A stretch of DNA of 64,000 nucleotides from an uncultured bacterium. GTDB lineage: Bacteria > CSSED10-310 > CAZUFC01. Positions 18,799 to 28,198 of this stretch are shown in pieces. The stretch is taken from contig CAZUFC010000007.1 in assembly GCA_964619725.1 (NCBI GenBank), positions 64,664 to 128,663 of the forward strand. The letters are read 5' to 3'. Each line of letters begins with the position of its first letter. Within the stretch, counting starts at the first letter, position 1. The notes under the pieces were generated by a model, which was given only the letters and a program-made list of their open reading frames with translations, ran no database searches and was not told where the DNA came from. The position numbers and the translations under genes were made by a program.

Positions 18799-20601
18799 AT
18801 GAATCGAAACAGCCGAAAATTAATATTCGCCGCCGCAGCCATGGCATGCCTTATCTTTCGTAATGACGAACGTTTATTGGGCATGCGCCTTCAGGACAAA
18901 ATTGAAGAGGGAATATCACTGATGGAAAGCGGTGATCTTTTTGAGGCTACTTTCATGTTCCAGAACATCATTGAGAACGATGCGGATGATCCTGAATCGG
19001 TCGAAGCTTTGTTTTACCTCGGAAAAATATATTTTAAAAGTCAGGCTTATGAAAAATGCGTCAGCGTCTTTTCGCGGTTCCTCGAAAAATCGTCCGACGA
19101 AACCAAGGTCCATGAAGCGGCGCGGCTGGCGGCCAAAAGCCTCTACCTGATGAAAAAATATGAAGCCGCAGCGATTCAATTCGAATCTACGCTCAGCGTC
19201 AAAAAAATGGACGCCGGTATCCCCCTGGAAACATACAAAATGTGGGCCGACAGTCATTTTAAAACGGAAAACTATCAGGAAGCGGAAAAAATTTACAGGG
19301 CGATCTACGAAAAAATGCTGCTGGAAGATTCTGAAAATCCCGATATTCTGCCCATTCGCTTCAAACTGGCGGATTGCTGTCGAAATGAAGGCGAACTGGA
19401 CCAGGCTTTCATTCATTATGAAGATATATATTACCTTGCTGAAGAGGATGAACTGCGGAATCGGGCTTCACTGGGAAAAGCGAAAATACTGATTAAAATT
19501 CAAACTCGAAAAGGAAAAAAACAGAGAAGCGATTATGCTGTATCCACCGATATCCTGGAATCTTTAATTCAAAAGACCGGTTATCCTGAAATACAATCTG
19601 ATGCTCTCATAACGCTGATCGAACTCCAATGGATGCTGGATTCGCCCGCAGATGCTTTCACTCTTACAAAAAAACTCTTTGAAAATTTTCCTCCACAGGA
19701 CCTGCCCCCATCCTTTCTCAAACGCTTCCATGAAGAATTCGACCAATATATCCGAAATTTATTCGATCACGACAACATGCTGCTCATACTGAAGTATCTC
19801 GATGAATTTCACTCATTTGAAACTCTCTCCTTCCAGTTGAATCCATGGTGTTTCGATGTTCTAAGGAATCTGCTCGAAACGCGACGCTATGAAATGGCCT
19901 CACAACTACTGAAAGAATTCCGTAATTATAACGCTGCAGAAGATGAACGGCAGTCTTTGAATTTGTATTCTTCGCTTTTATCTTGCGCCCGTAACAAATG
20001 CGATGAACTCACAGAACTTCAGAAAATGCAATTGAAAAATCCTCCGCGTAATACATTAATATGGGCCTTACCCCTGGTTTATGTCTGCGATATCAAGCCG
20101 GAATTGCCTGATTTTGACGAAATAAAAGAATTGAATGAAGAGCAGGATTATATAATTGAGCGCGTTATGAAAACGGCAGATAAAGCTTTTATTGATGAGG
20201 ATTGGAATTATGCCGTCCTGCTCAACGAATGGCTCCTGAATTCCGGATTAATCTCTCTCGACGACGAGGAAACTCAAGATATTTACCTGCAGTTGTCGAT
20301 TGCTTATCTGGAATTGGATTTTCCGGAAAATTCGCGCTTTCTGCTTTTTGAGGAAGCGACTGCGGCAGGTCTTGCAAACGACGCCGCAACGGAACAATGG
20401 CGCATTTATTTTCGGACTTTCAAAAATACGGATGACCGGAATGGTTCCTCCGATAAGGCTCAAAATCTTGACGAAAGGTGGTTTGCGGATATTCTGAAGT
20501 GGAATGAAGAATATGAAAATTTTATGGAAAGATGGAAGAGGGAATGGGGCGAGATCAATACATTTTATGAAACGAAGGAAGATTCAGAGGAAAAAGAATA
20601 A
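18799..20601 (+). CDS. Tetratricopeptide-repeat protein directly upstream of flgB
   Basis: EALFYLGKIYFKSQAYEKC and other TPR-like repeats. GGAG RBS before ATG 18799. Confidence 0.75.
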   Translation: MNRNSRKLIFAAAAMACLIFRNDERLLGMRLQDKIEEGISLMESGDLFEATFMFQNIIENDADDPESVEALFYLGKIYFKSQAYEKCVSVFSRFLEKSSDETKVHEAARLAAKSLYLMKKYEAAAIQFESTLSVKKMDAGIPLETYKMWADSHFKTENYQEAEKIYRAIYEKMLLEDSENPDILPIRFKLADCCRNEGELDQAFIHYEDIYYLAEEDELRNRASLGKAKILIKIQTRKGKKQRSDYAVSTDILESLIQKTGYPEIQSDALITLIELQWMLDSPADAFTLTKKLFENFPPQDLPPSFLKRFHEEFDQYIRNLFDHDNMLLILKYLDEFHSFETLSFQLNPWCFDVLRNLLETRRYEMASQLLKEFRNYNAAEDERQSLNLYSSLLSCARNKCDELTELQKMQLKNPPRNTLIWALPLVYVCDIKPELPDFDEIKELNEEQDYIIERVMKTADKAFIDEDWNYAVLLNEWLLNSGLISLDDEETQDIYLQLSIAYLELDFPENSRFLLFEEATAAGLANDAATEQWRIYFRTFKNTDDRNGSSDKAQNLDERWFADILKWNEEYENFMERWKREWGEINTFYETKEDSEEKE

Positions 20602-20683
20602 GGAATTTGTCCGAAATGGAACATCAGAACGATAGACAGCGTAAAAACTGCAATTTATTCGGACACACCGGCCTGAAATTTTC

Positions 20684-20699
20684 GGGCGCTGATTTTGCT
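20684..20699 (+). promoter_or_regulatory. Sigma54 promoter upstream of flgB
   Basis: GGGCGCTGATTTTGCT (GG-N10-GC), about 60 bp before the flgB ATG. Confidence 0.55.
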
Positions 20700-20759
20700 A
20701 CATCGGTAGGAGGGGAAAAAACTTTAGTTTTTTTTTCCTGAAAGAAACGAGAGGGAAAC

Positions 20760-21143
20760 ATGAGCAATATTGACGGAAATCTTGATATGCTGGGGGCTTT
20801 GATGGATCGCTGTGCGGTCAGGAGCAGAGTTCTGGCCGGCAACATCGCCAATATGGACACTCCCGGTTACAAGGCAAAAGACGTCGTATTCAAGGAAGTA
20901 TTGGAAAAGGTGGTTGACAGGGATTCGGATATGCGAATCGGACGCGACCGGCAGATCAGATATAAAATGAAATATAAGCCGGAAATAGTTGAAAAAACGG
21001 CTGATCCCCGGCCTGACGGAAACACGGTCAAAGCGGACCAGGAGATGGTGAAATTTTCATCCAACGCCATTACGTTCATGACCGCATTGCGCTTGTATTC
21101 CATGAAATCGAACATTTTGAAAATTGCAATCAAAGGCGGATAA
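20760..21143 (+). CDS. flgB: Flagellar basal-body rod protein FlgB
   Basis: GNIANMDTPGYKAKDV and RPDGNTV. Confidence 0.96.
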   Translation: MSNIDGNLDMLGALMDRCAVRSRVLAGNIANMDTPGYKAKDVVFKEVLEKVVDRDSDMRIGRDRQIRYKMKYKPEIVEKTADPRPDGNTVKADQEMVKFSSNAITFMTALRLYSMKSNILKIAIKGG

Positions 21144-21148
21144 ATATC

Positions 21149-21583
21149 ATGAAACTGTTTGACGTAATGAAAATAGCCGGCACGGGCTTGACAGCGCAAA
21201 GAAAACGAATGGAAGTTTCTGCCTCAAACCTGGCCAATGTAGACACTATAAAAACGGCAGGCGGAGGGCCCTACAAAAAAAAGCACGTCATTTTTGAAAC
21301 TGCGCCGGTCAATGATTTCAGAGATTTTTTGAGTTCGGAAATCGACAAGGAAATCTCCGGGGTCAGAATCCGGGGAATCCGGGAAAATAACTCTCAACCT
21401 CTTATGAAATATGAACCCGGTCATCCTGAAGCCAATGCAGAAGGATATGTTGCCTATCCGGCCATTGAACCGGTCGATGAAATGATCGACGTCATGTCTG
21501 CCTCCCGATCTTACGAGGCTAACGTCTCCGTTATAGAAACCATGAAAAAACTGGCTGTAAGAATACTGGAAATAGGACGATGA
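21149..21583 (+). CDS. flgC: Flagellar basal-body rod protein FlgC
   Basis: GLTAQRKRM, NLAN, YEPGHPEAN.EGYVAYP and ASRSYEAN. Confidence 0.97.
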   Translation: MKLFDVMKIAGTGLTAQRKRMEVSASNLANVDTIKTAGGGPYKKKHVIFETAPVNDFRDFLSSEIDKEISGVRIRGIRENNSQPLMKYEPGHPEANAEGYVAYPAIEPVDEMIDVMSASRSYEANVSVIETMKKLAVRILEIGR

Positions 21584-21639
21584 TCCATCGTTCTCACGTG
21601 AAAATCATTAACGGCCTGTGATCTCAAAAGGAGTGTCAT

Positions 21640-21948
21640 TTGAAAGCGGATATTTCAATCAAAGGTCCCCTTAAAAATCAATTTCTGTCTGATTCGGCCG
21701 GTCCTTCAAAAAATTCTTCCGAGAAGAAGACGCCGTTTGCAGACCTGTTGAAGTCCTCCATCGAGCATGTCGACGATATGCAACAAAATGCCGACCAGGC
21801 CATACAGGATTTTGTTGAAGGAAACGTCAAAGATGTCCATCAAACTCTCCTGGCCGTCAACAAAGCCGATATTTCCTTTAGGACTATGCTCGAAATAAGA
21901 AACAAAGTCATCCGCGCTTATGAAGAAATAATGAGGATGCCGATTTGA
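21640..21948 (+). CDS. fliE: Flagellar hook-basal body protein FliE
   Basis: DVHQTLLAVNKA...EIRNKVIRAYEEIMRMPI. TTG start after AAGGAG. Confidence 0.96.
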   Translation: MKADISIKGPLKNQFLSDSAGPSKNSSEKKTPFADLLKSSIEHVDDMQQNADQAIQDFVEGNVKDVHQTLLAVNKADISFRTMLEIRNKVIRAYEEIMRMPI

Positions 21949-22033
21949 CGGCGGTGAGATTATGGAAAACATTTTATCGAGTATGTGCACGGCCGCGCCT
22001 GAAGCGAACTGATGCTGAAAGGGAATGCTCTGA

Positions 22034-23752
22034 ATGCCTGATATAAAAGCTTCTTTCAATAAAATTTATGAACAGTTCAACCAGTTCTGGGATTCGCTTA
22101 GCACAGGCAAGAAGGTCACGCTGATCGCGGCCGGCATCCTGCTGCCCCTTGCCGTCGTTACTCTCGTGGTGATGGCGAATAAAACCTCATTCCACTTGCT
22201 CTATTCGCAACTGCCCCAGGAAGACGCTTCCTACATAGTGGAACAACTGCAGAACGACGGTATTCCCTATGAGCTCTCTCCGACCGGATCGGCAATCTAC
22301 GTTCCTGAAAATCAGGTGGCATCCGTTCGATTGAGCCTGGCCGGACAGGGATTGCCCAAAGGCGGCGCCGTCGGTTTCGAATTATTCGACAGTCAAAGTT
22401 ACCTCATGTCCGATTTCGTCCAGGAGCTGAACTACAGACGAGCGCTGGAAGGCGAACTCGCCCGGACTATTCAGCAGATGTCGGAAATCGCTCAGGCCCG
22501 CATACATATCGTTCTGCCGGAAGATTCCCTGTTCGCTGATAAACAGTCGCCGGCCAAAGCGTCCGTAGTCGTTACCCTCAACAACGGAAGAAGACTGAAC
22601 AATGAAGAAGTTCAAAGCATTACCTATCTCGTTTCCAGCGCTGTTAAAGATTTGATGCCGGAAAACGTCACGATCGTCGATACGCAAGGGCGAATCCTCT
22701 CCACAGAAAATCAGTCCTCCTGGAATTCAAATGTTTCCATGACCCGCCTCGAATTCCGTCAAAATTTTGAACAATACCTCAAGCAAAAAGTCCTCTCCTT
22801 GCTCGAACCGCTTGTCGGCAACGGCAGGGCTTTCGTCCAGGTCTCCGCAGAAATAGACTTCAACCAGGAGGAAAGAACCCTGGAACAATATGACCCGGAA
22901 AAAACAGCGGTTAGAAGCTCGACCAAAACAGAAGAAAAATCCGTAGGCGATGCAAACACGGGGGGCGTTCCCGGCACTGCTTCAAATCCAGGGCTCCAGC
23001 CGGGGCAGAACGCGGCCGCAACCTTGAATCAAAAACAGAATGAAACCGTCGAATACGAGGTTTCTAAAGCTATCATTCACAAATTGATTCCGGGCGGCCT
23101 CATTACAAAATTGTCTGTCGCTGCCTTATTAGATGATGCAGATTATGTGGACGACCAGGGTAAAACGGTTCATGTGCCCAGAAAACCTGAAGAATTAAGT
23201 AAAATAGAGGAATTGATCAAAAAAGCCGTCGGATATGATGAAGAAAGAGGAGACCAGGTTATCGTTCAAAATATTTCTATTCCGAGCGCAGCAAAGACCG
23301 CAGGACTGGGGCCGATGGATGAATCAGGCGAATCTATCGTCAGCTATATCGTTTGGGGAGGCATCTTTTTCGTATTCCTGATCTTGCTCCTCTTAATCGT
23401 TAAAACCCTGCGGAAAGTCTCTTCACTTAAATATTCCCATGCCGCCTCCTTGCCCGCCCCGCCTTCAAGCGCTGCACTCCCGGGAAGCCACCAGGAAAGC
23501 GATCCTGATACCGCGGCAACAGGTGCATTCGCTTCCGACGAAAGTCTGCCGCAAAACGAACTTGCGGACGGCGAACAGGAATTAAAGGAAATGCTTCAGA
23601 AAAAACAGGAAATTAATCCTCAAAAAGAACTCGTAGCCCGTTATCAAACTTTCAGAAAAGATATTCTGAATAAAGTGCAGACCGATCCGCAAACCGTCGG
23701 AACTCTCTTGAAAGCCTGGATGGAGGAATTGGACAAGGAGGAGGTTGAATAA
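22034..23752 (+). CDS. fliF: Flagellar MS-ring protein FliF
   Basis: GFELFD, RALEGELARTI, ASVVV and GVPGTASN, with two TM segments. Confidence 0.97.
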   Translation: MPDIKASFNKIYEQFNQFWDSLSTGKKVTLIAAGILLPLAVVTLVVMANKTSFHLLYSQLPQEDASYIVEQLQNDGIPYELSPTGSAIYVPENQVASVRLSLAGQGLPKGGAVGFELFDSQSYLMSDFVQELNYRRALEGELARTIQQMSEIAQARIHIVLPEDSLFADKQSPAKASVVVTLNNGRRLNNEEVQSITYLVSSAVKDLMPENVTIVDTQGRILSTENQSSWNSNVSMTRLEFRQNFEQYLKQKVLSLLEPLVGNGRAFVQVSAEIDFNQEERTLEQYDPEKTAVRSSTKTEEKSVGDANTGGVPGTASNPGLQPGQNAAATLNQKQNETVEYEVSKAIIHKLIPGGLITKLSVAALLDDADYVDDQGKTVHVPRKPEELSKIEELIKKAVGYDEERGDQVIVQNISIPSAAKTAGLGPMDESGESIVSYIVWGGIFFVFLILLLLIVKTLRKVSSLKYSHAASLPAPPSSAALPGSHQESDPDTAATGAFASDESLPQNELADGEQELKEMLQKKQEINPQKELVARYQTFRKDILNKVQTDPQTVGTLLKAWMEELDKEEVE

Positions 23753-24768
23753 TGAACGAGTATGATTCCCTGACCAACCTGCAAAAAGCCGCAATCCTCA
23801 TGATCATCCTGGGTGAACAACCATCCAGCAAAGTTCTGCAATACCTTCGACGAGAAGAGATTGAACTGATTTCTGAAGAAATTTCCAAGATAGATACTGT
23901 TCCTCCGCAAATCGGCGAAAAAGTCCTCGAAGAATTCAAGGAAATTCTGCATTCGCAGGAAATTTATATTAAAGGCGGCATGGACTACGCCCGTAAAGTT
24001 CTGCTTATGTCCCTGGATTCCTCCGGATCGGAATCGGGCAGCAGCCAGGTTAAATCCGCATATAAACGCTTTTTCAGTATGGAAATATTGAAAAAAATGT
24101 CGCCGAAACAATTAGCCGACACCATCGTTAATGAGAATCCTCAGACCATCGCAGTTATCCTGTCGCACATGAATCATAACGCGGCCGCTGAAACCTTGTC
24201 CCATCTGCCTGACGGCCTTCGTTCGGACGTCATTCAAAGAATTGCGAATCTCGAAGGCATATCATCGGAAATTCTGGAAGGCATTTCCCGCACCTTAAAA
24301 AAGAAATCAGCCAGCGCCGTAAGCGTCGAAACTGAAGCTACCGGAGGCCTGGAAGCCGTCGTTCAATTATTCAACCGCCTCGACAATGCGACTTCCAAAA
24401 AAATACTTAAGAAAATCGAAGAAACCGATTCTCAACTGGCCACCAATATAAAAGAAAAATTGCTTGTCTTCGAAGACATCATGAATTTCAGCGATTTCGC
24501 CATCAGAAAAATCGTGGAAAATGTCGATAAAAAACTTCTGACCAAAGCGCTCAAAGGAACACCTCCGGAACTTCAGGAAAAAATTTTCAACAACATCTCC
24601 CAGCGCGCCGCTACGCTGGTTAAAGAAGAAATGGAATTGATGGGGCCCGTGAGGCTTAAGGACGTCGAAGATGCTCAGAAGGAAATACTGAACGTCATAA
24701 GAAAACTTGAAGAAGCGAATGAAATTTCCGTGAACGATTCAGAAGGAGCGAACGAGCTTGTCTTTTAA
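23752..24768 (+). CDS. fliG: Flagellar motor switch protein FliG
   Basis: KAAILMI, GGMDYA, ENPQTIAVILS and MGPVRLKDVEDAQ. Confidence 0.97.
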   Translation: MNEYDSLTNLQKAAILMIILGEQPSSKVLQYLRREEIELISEEISKIDTVPPQIGEKVLEEFKEILHSQEIYIKGGMDYARKVLLMSLDSSGSESGSSQVKSAYKRFFSMEILKKMSPKQLADTIVNENPQTIAVILSHMNHNAAAETLSHLPDGLRSDVIQRIANLEGISSEILEGISRTLKKKSASAVSVETEATGGLEAVVQLFNRLDNATSKKILKKIEETDSQLATNIKEKLLVFEDIMNFSDFAIRKIVENVDKKLLTKALKGTPPELQEKIFNNISQRAATLVKEEMELMGPVRLKDVEDAQKEILNVIRKLEEANEISVNDSEGANELVF

Positions 24769-25681
24769 AGAACTGGACATACTGAAAAAGAGCAGCATAG
24801 CAGATGACTCTCTTCAGAATTACGCGTTTCCTGATGCAAGCGCTGAGCAGGACGACAATCAGAAAAAAAATGAAAAACATAAAACGCAAGCTGTTCGGAA
24901 AGAATCCTGCGAGACTTCTGAAAATTCATCTGATGATGAATCTTCAGTAATCAAATATTCTTCTGCTGACGAATGGATGAACCGCATCGAAGAAAAAATA
25001 GTGCATGTAATAACCGAGTCTGCTGAAAGAAAAGCGCAAGAGAAAATAGATCAAATGCTCAAGGAAGCACGAAGCAAAGTGGAAGAAATAGAACAGACGG
25101 CATATCGGCAAGGACTTGAGAAAGCCGAAAACTCCATAGACCAGAGAATAAGCCAGGAAATGGCTGATATAATCTCCCGATTCGAAAAAGCCTTGCGAAA
25201 TGCGGACGAACGACTGACTGAAATATACAACAAACTTAATGAACGATTGCTGCCTTTGTCGGTCGAAATAGCCGAAAAAATACTGCATGCGGAAATAACG
25301 ATCAATCCCGGAATATTGGAAAAGACCCTGGGCGCCTTGCTGGAAGAATTCGAGAGAGCAGAAAAGGTAACCGTCAAAATGAACGGCTCTGATGCCGCTG
25401 TCTTGCAGGATTATATAGATAATCACAGGAACTCCGATTCTTCATCAGCTAAAATAAAAATAGCAAAGGAGAGCGGCCTGGATCGGGGAGATTTTATTCT
25501 GGAATCGTCCATAGGTTCCATTGATGCAAAAATAAAAACTCAATTAAATGAAATTGAACGGACGTTGAAACAAGCGGACATTTTCGATAACGAGAATATA
25601 GAAATGGAACAGGATGCAGAAAACCATGAAACCGCCGACGAAGGTGAAACTCATGAAACATCGCAAGCTGAAGCAGCGTGA
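24758..25681 (+). CDS. fliH: Flagellar assembly protein FliH
   Basis: Located between fliG and fliI. AYRQGLEKA and LDRGDFILES..GSIDAKI. Confidence 0.9.
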   Translation: MSFKELDILKKSSIADDSLQNYAFPDASAEQDDNQKKNEKHKTQAVRKESCETSENSSDDESSVIKYSSADEWMNRIEEKIVHVITESAERKAQEKIDQMLKEARSKVEEIEQTAYRQGLEKAENSIDQRISQEMADIISRFEKALRNADERLTEIYNKLNERLLPLSVEIAEKILHAEITINPGILEKTLGALLEEFERAEKVTVKMNGSDAAVLQDYIDNHRNSDSSSAKIKIAKESGLDRGDFILESSIGSIDAKIKTQLNEIERTLKQADIFDNENIEMEQDAENHETADEGETHETSQAEAA

Positions 25682-27086
25682 TGCTGTGGCTGCCGGAACT
25701 CCGGCACAGGTTCAAAAAGCATCGGGAAGCGAGCTGCCGAAAAATGATAAGGCGCGCAGTTCGCGGGGAACTTGCAGAGGTTTATTATCCGAAGGGAAAT
25801 TCAAGGCGCTGAACAACGTCAAAACGCACAAAAGGTATGGTACGATTAAGAAAATAGTAGGATTGTATATAGAATCACAGGGTCCTGACTCTTCGATAGG
25901 CGATCTTTGCACGATATATGCGCATGGCGGAGGAAAGGAAATTCCCGGGCAGGTGGTAGGTTTTCAGGATAAATCAGTAATCGTGATGCCATTCGGCGAT
26001 CCCGAAGGCATAAGACCTGGTGACAAGGTGGAAGAATCGCCGGCTGAACAGACTTTTCCTGCGGGGGAGAAGCTTCTGGGACGTGTGCTTAATGCGCTAG
26101 GGCGCGCTATAGACGACAAACCGCTGACGGGTATAAAGGAGCGTATTGCAATCCAGCCCACGCCCGTGAATCCCATGGATAGAGAATTAATCTGCTGTTC
26201 GATGCCGACAGGCGTGAGAGCCATTGACGGAGCGATCACGATCGGATGCGGTCAGAAGATAGGGATCATGGCCGGAAGCGGAGTAGGAAAAAGCACATTG
26301 CTGGGGATGATAGCAAAATACGCTGAGGCTGACGTGAACGTGGTCGCGTTGATAGGGGAGCGCGGACGCGAAGTGCCCGAGTTCATCCATAATGTTTTGG
26401 GCGAGGAAGGTTTAAGGAAATCGGTGATCATTACAGCCACTTCGGACGAAGCCGCGCTTCTCCGCATAAGAGCGGCTTATGCGGCTACCGCCATAGCCGA
26501 ATATTTCTGCAGAAAAAACAAAGACGTCATCCTCATCATGGATTCTGTGACGCGTGTAGCCATGGCCCAGCGAGAAATTGGACTGGCTGTCGGCGAACCT
26601 CCTTCCGGCAAAGGTTATACTCCTTCTGTATACGCCATGATGCCTCGCCTGCTCGAAAGATGCGGCAATTTCAAAAATCAGGGAAGCATTACCGGCATCT
26701 ATACCGTCCTCGTAGAAAACGACGATATGAATGATACTCTCGGAGATGCTCTCAGAGCCATCCTGGACGGTCATATAGTCCTTACCAGGAGCCTGGCTGA
26801 ACGAAATCATTATCCGCCCATCGACGTCAACGCCAGCGTCAGCCGCGTCATGAAAGACGTCGTATGCGCTGAACACGTATCCTTGTCGAACAACATGAAA
26901 AGAATCCTCGCACGCTATTCCGAAGCGGAGGACCTGATCCGGGTCGGCGCATATGCTGCCGGCAGCGATCCGGAAATCGATGAGGCCATTAAAAAAATAA
27001 AACCTATCAATGACTTCCTTAAACAAAAAGACAATGAAAGCGTCTCTTTCAATGATGCTCTACAGGAGTTGAAAAAAGTCATTTGA
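25614..27086 (+). CDS. fliI: Flagellar export ATPase FliI (start uncertain, possibly 25653)
   Basis: GSGVGKST Walker A, GERGREV, MDSVTR, GEPP and LDGHIVL. Confidence 0.96.
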   Translation: MQKTMKPPTKVKLMKHRKLKQRDAVAAGTPAQVQKASGSELPKNDKARSSRGTCRGLLSEGKFKALNNVKTHKRYGTIKKIVGLYIESQGPDSSIGDLCTIYAHGGGKEIPGQVVGFQDKSVIVMPFGDPEGIRPGDKVEESPAEQTFPAGEKLLGRVLNALGRAIDDKPLTGIKERIAIQPTPVNPMDRELICCSMPTGVRAIDGAITIGCGQKIGIMAGSGVGKSTLLGMIAKYAEADVNVVALIGERGREVPEFIHNVLGEEGLRKSVIITATSDEAALLRIRAAYAATAIAEYFCRKNKDVILIMDSVTRVAMAQREIGLAVGEPPSGKGYTPSVYAMMPRLLERCGNFKNQGSITGIYTVLVENDDMNDTLGDALRAILDGHIVLTRSLAERNHYPPIDVNASVSRVMKDVVCAEHVSLSNNMKRILARYSEAEDLIRVGAYAAGSDPEIDEAIKKIKPINDFLKQKDNESVSFNDALQELKKVI

Positions 27087-27096
27087 ATTCCATCCT

Positions 27097-27591
27097 ATGA
27101 AAGCGTTTAAATTCCAATATGAAACCATTCTCAGAATCAATTCGCTCTTCGAAAAAATCAAAAGAAAAGAATTCGCCGTCGTCAACAGACAACTCATTAT
27201 GAAAAAAAATCTTATCAATTCCATAGTGGATCAGCAAAAACAACTGGAACGCGAACTATACCAGAAAGAAGTGGAGGGCTTATCTCATCCCTACAGGTTG
27301 CTCTACCTGAATTACAGAAATGCCCTCAAGGCTTCTTTGCTCCGCCGGCGAAAAGAATTGGAACAATTGAACATCATCTGGAAAAATAAACAAAAAGAAT
27401 TCCTCAAAGCAAAAAGAAAAAAAGAAGTGTTCGCCAGGCTCAAAGAACTTAAAAAGAAGGAACATCTTTACCTGGCAGATCGAGAAGAACAAAAAATATT
27501 GGATGACCTCAACCTTATCAGATTCAATAATAAAAGTTTTTCCGCAACTAAAACCCTGCATCCTGAATCGACCGAGTATGAAAACGAATAA
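27097..27591 (+). CDS. fliJ: Flagellar export protein FliJ
   Basis: MKAFKFQYETIL...EEQKILDD, coiled coil, follows fliI. Confidence 0.88.
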   Translation: MKAFKFQYETILRINSLFEKIKRKEFAVVNRQLIMKKNLINSIVDQQKQLERELYQKEVEGLSHPYRLLYLNYRNALKASLLRRRKELEQLNIIWKNKQKEFLKAKRKKEVFARLKELKKKEHLYLADREEQKILDDLNLIRFNNKSFSATKTLHPESTEYENE

Positions 27592-28195
27592 AAATATAAA
27601 AAAATACACACTTTTCCTAAAAATATTTCGCTGCTTCCTCTCTCTCTCACTCTTCTCCTTTCTCTATCTCCTTTTCGGAATTCATATCCTGAGTACGCCC
27701 GCAGAAGAACCGAAAAAACCGGCCCACGGCGATCCTGATTATGTTATTGAGGAACTCGATGATCTGTGCAGACAAGAATTCAAAGAAGTTTTTCGTTCCC
27801 TTGAAAATATGGAAAAAGACCTTAATGAACGTGAACAACAGTTGAAAGCAAAAGAAATGCTGATTAATGAACTGGAATCCCAATTGTCGGAGCAACAAAA
27901 CGCGCTGCAGAATATTAAATTTAAACTGGAAGACTTCCTGAATAAACGCAAATCAAAAAAAGCCTCTTATCAAAGATTAACCAAATTTTATGAAAGTATG
28001 AACTCTGAAAATGCTGCACAGACCCTTATCGAACTCCACAAGCTGGACCATATCGCAGCTCTGGAAATTCTTTCCGGCCTGCAGAACAGAAAGTCCGGCG
28101 AAATAATGAATTTCATTGGTGAAACTGATCCCCAATTCGCCGCAGAATTAATGTCTCAACTTACAAAAAAATTGAATTGGGGAAATGAGGAATAA
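27578..28195 (+). CDS. MotE/FlbB/YlxF-like membrane-anchored coiled-coil flagellar protein
   Basis: N-terminal TM, coiled coil and LTKFYESMNSENAA...RKSGEIM. Position after fliJ. Confidence 0.8.
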   Translation: MKTNKNIKKYTLFLKIFRCFLSLSLFSFLYLLFGIHILSTPAEEPKKPAHGDPDYVIEELDDLCRQEFKEVFRSLENMEKDLNEREQQLKAKEMLINELESQLSEQQNALQNIKFKLEDFLNKRKSKKASYQRLTKFYESMNSENAAQTLIELHKLDHIAALEILSGLQNRKSGEIMNFIGETDPQFAAELMSQLTKKLNWGNEE

Positions 28196-28198
28196 ATT

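Noticed and set aside
21962-22033. Upstream ATG in frame with fliF suggesting TGA readthrough or recoding
   Set aside because: Three in-frame TGAs intervene and TGA ends many conserved genes here, so the standard code applies.
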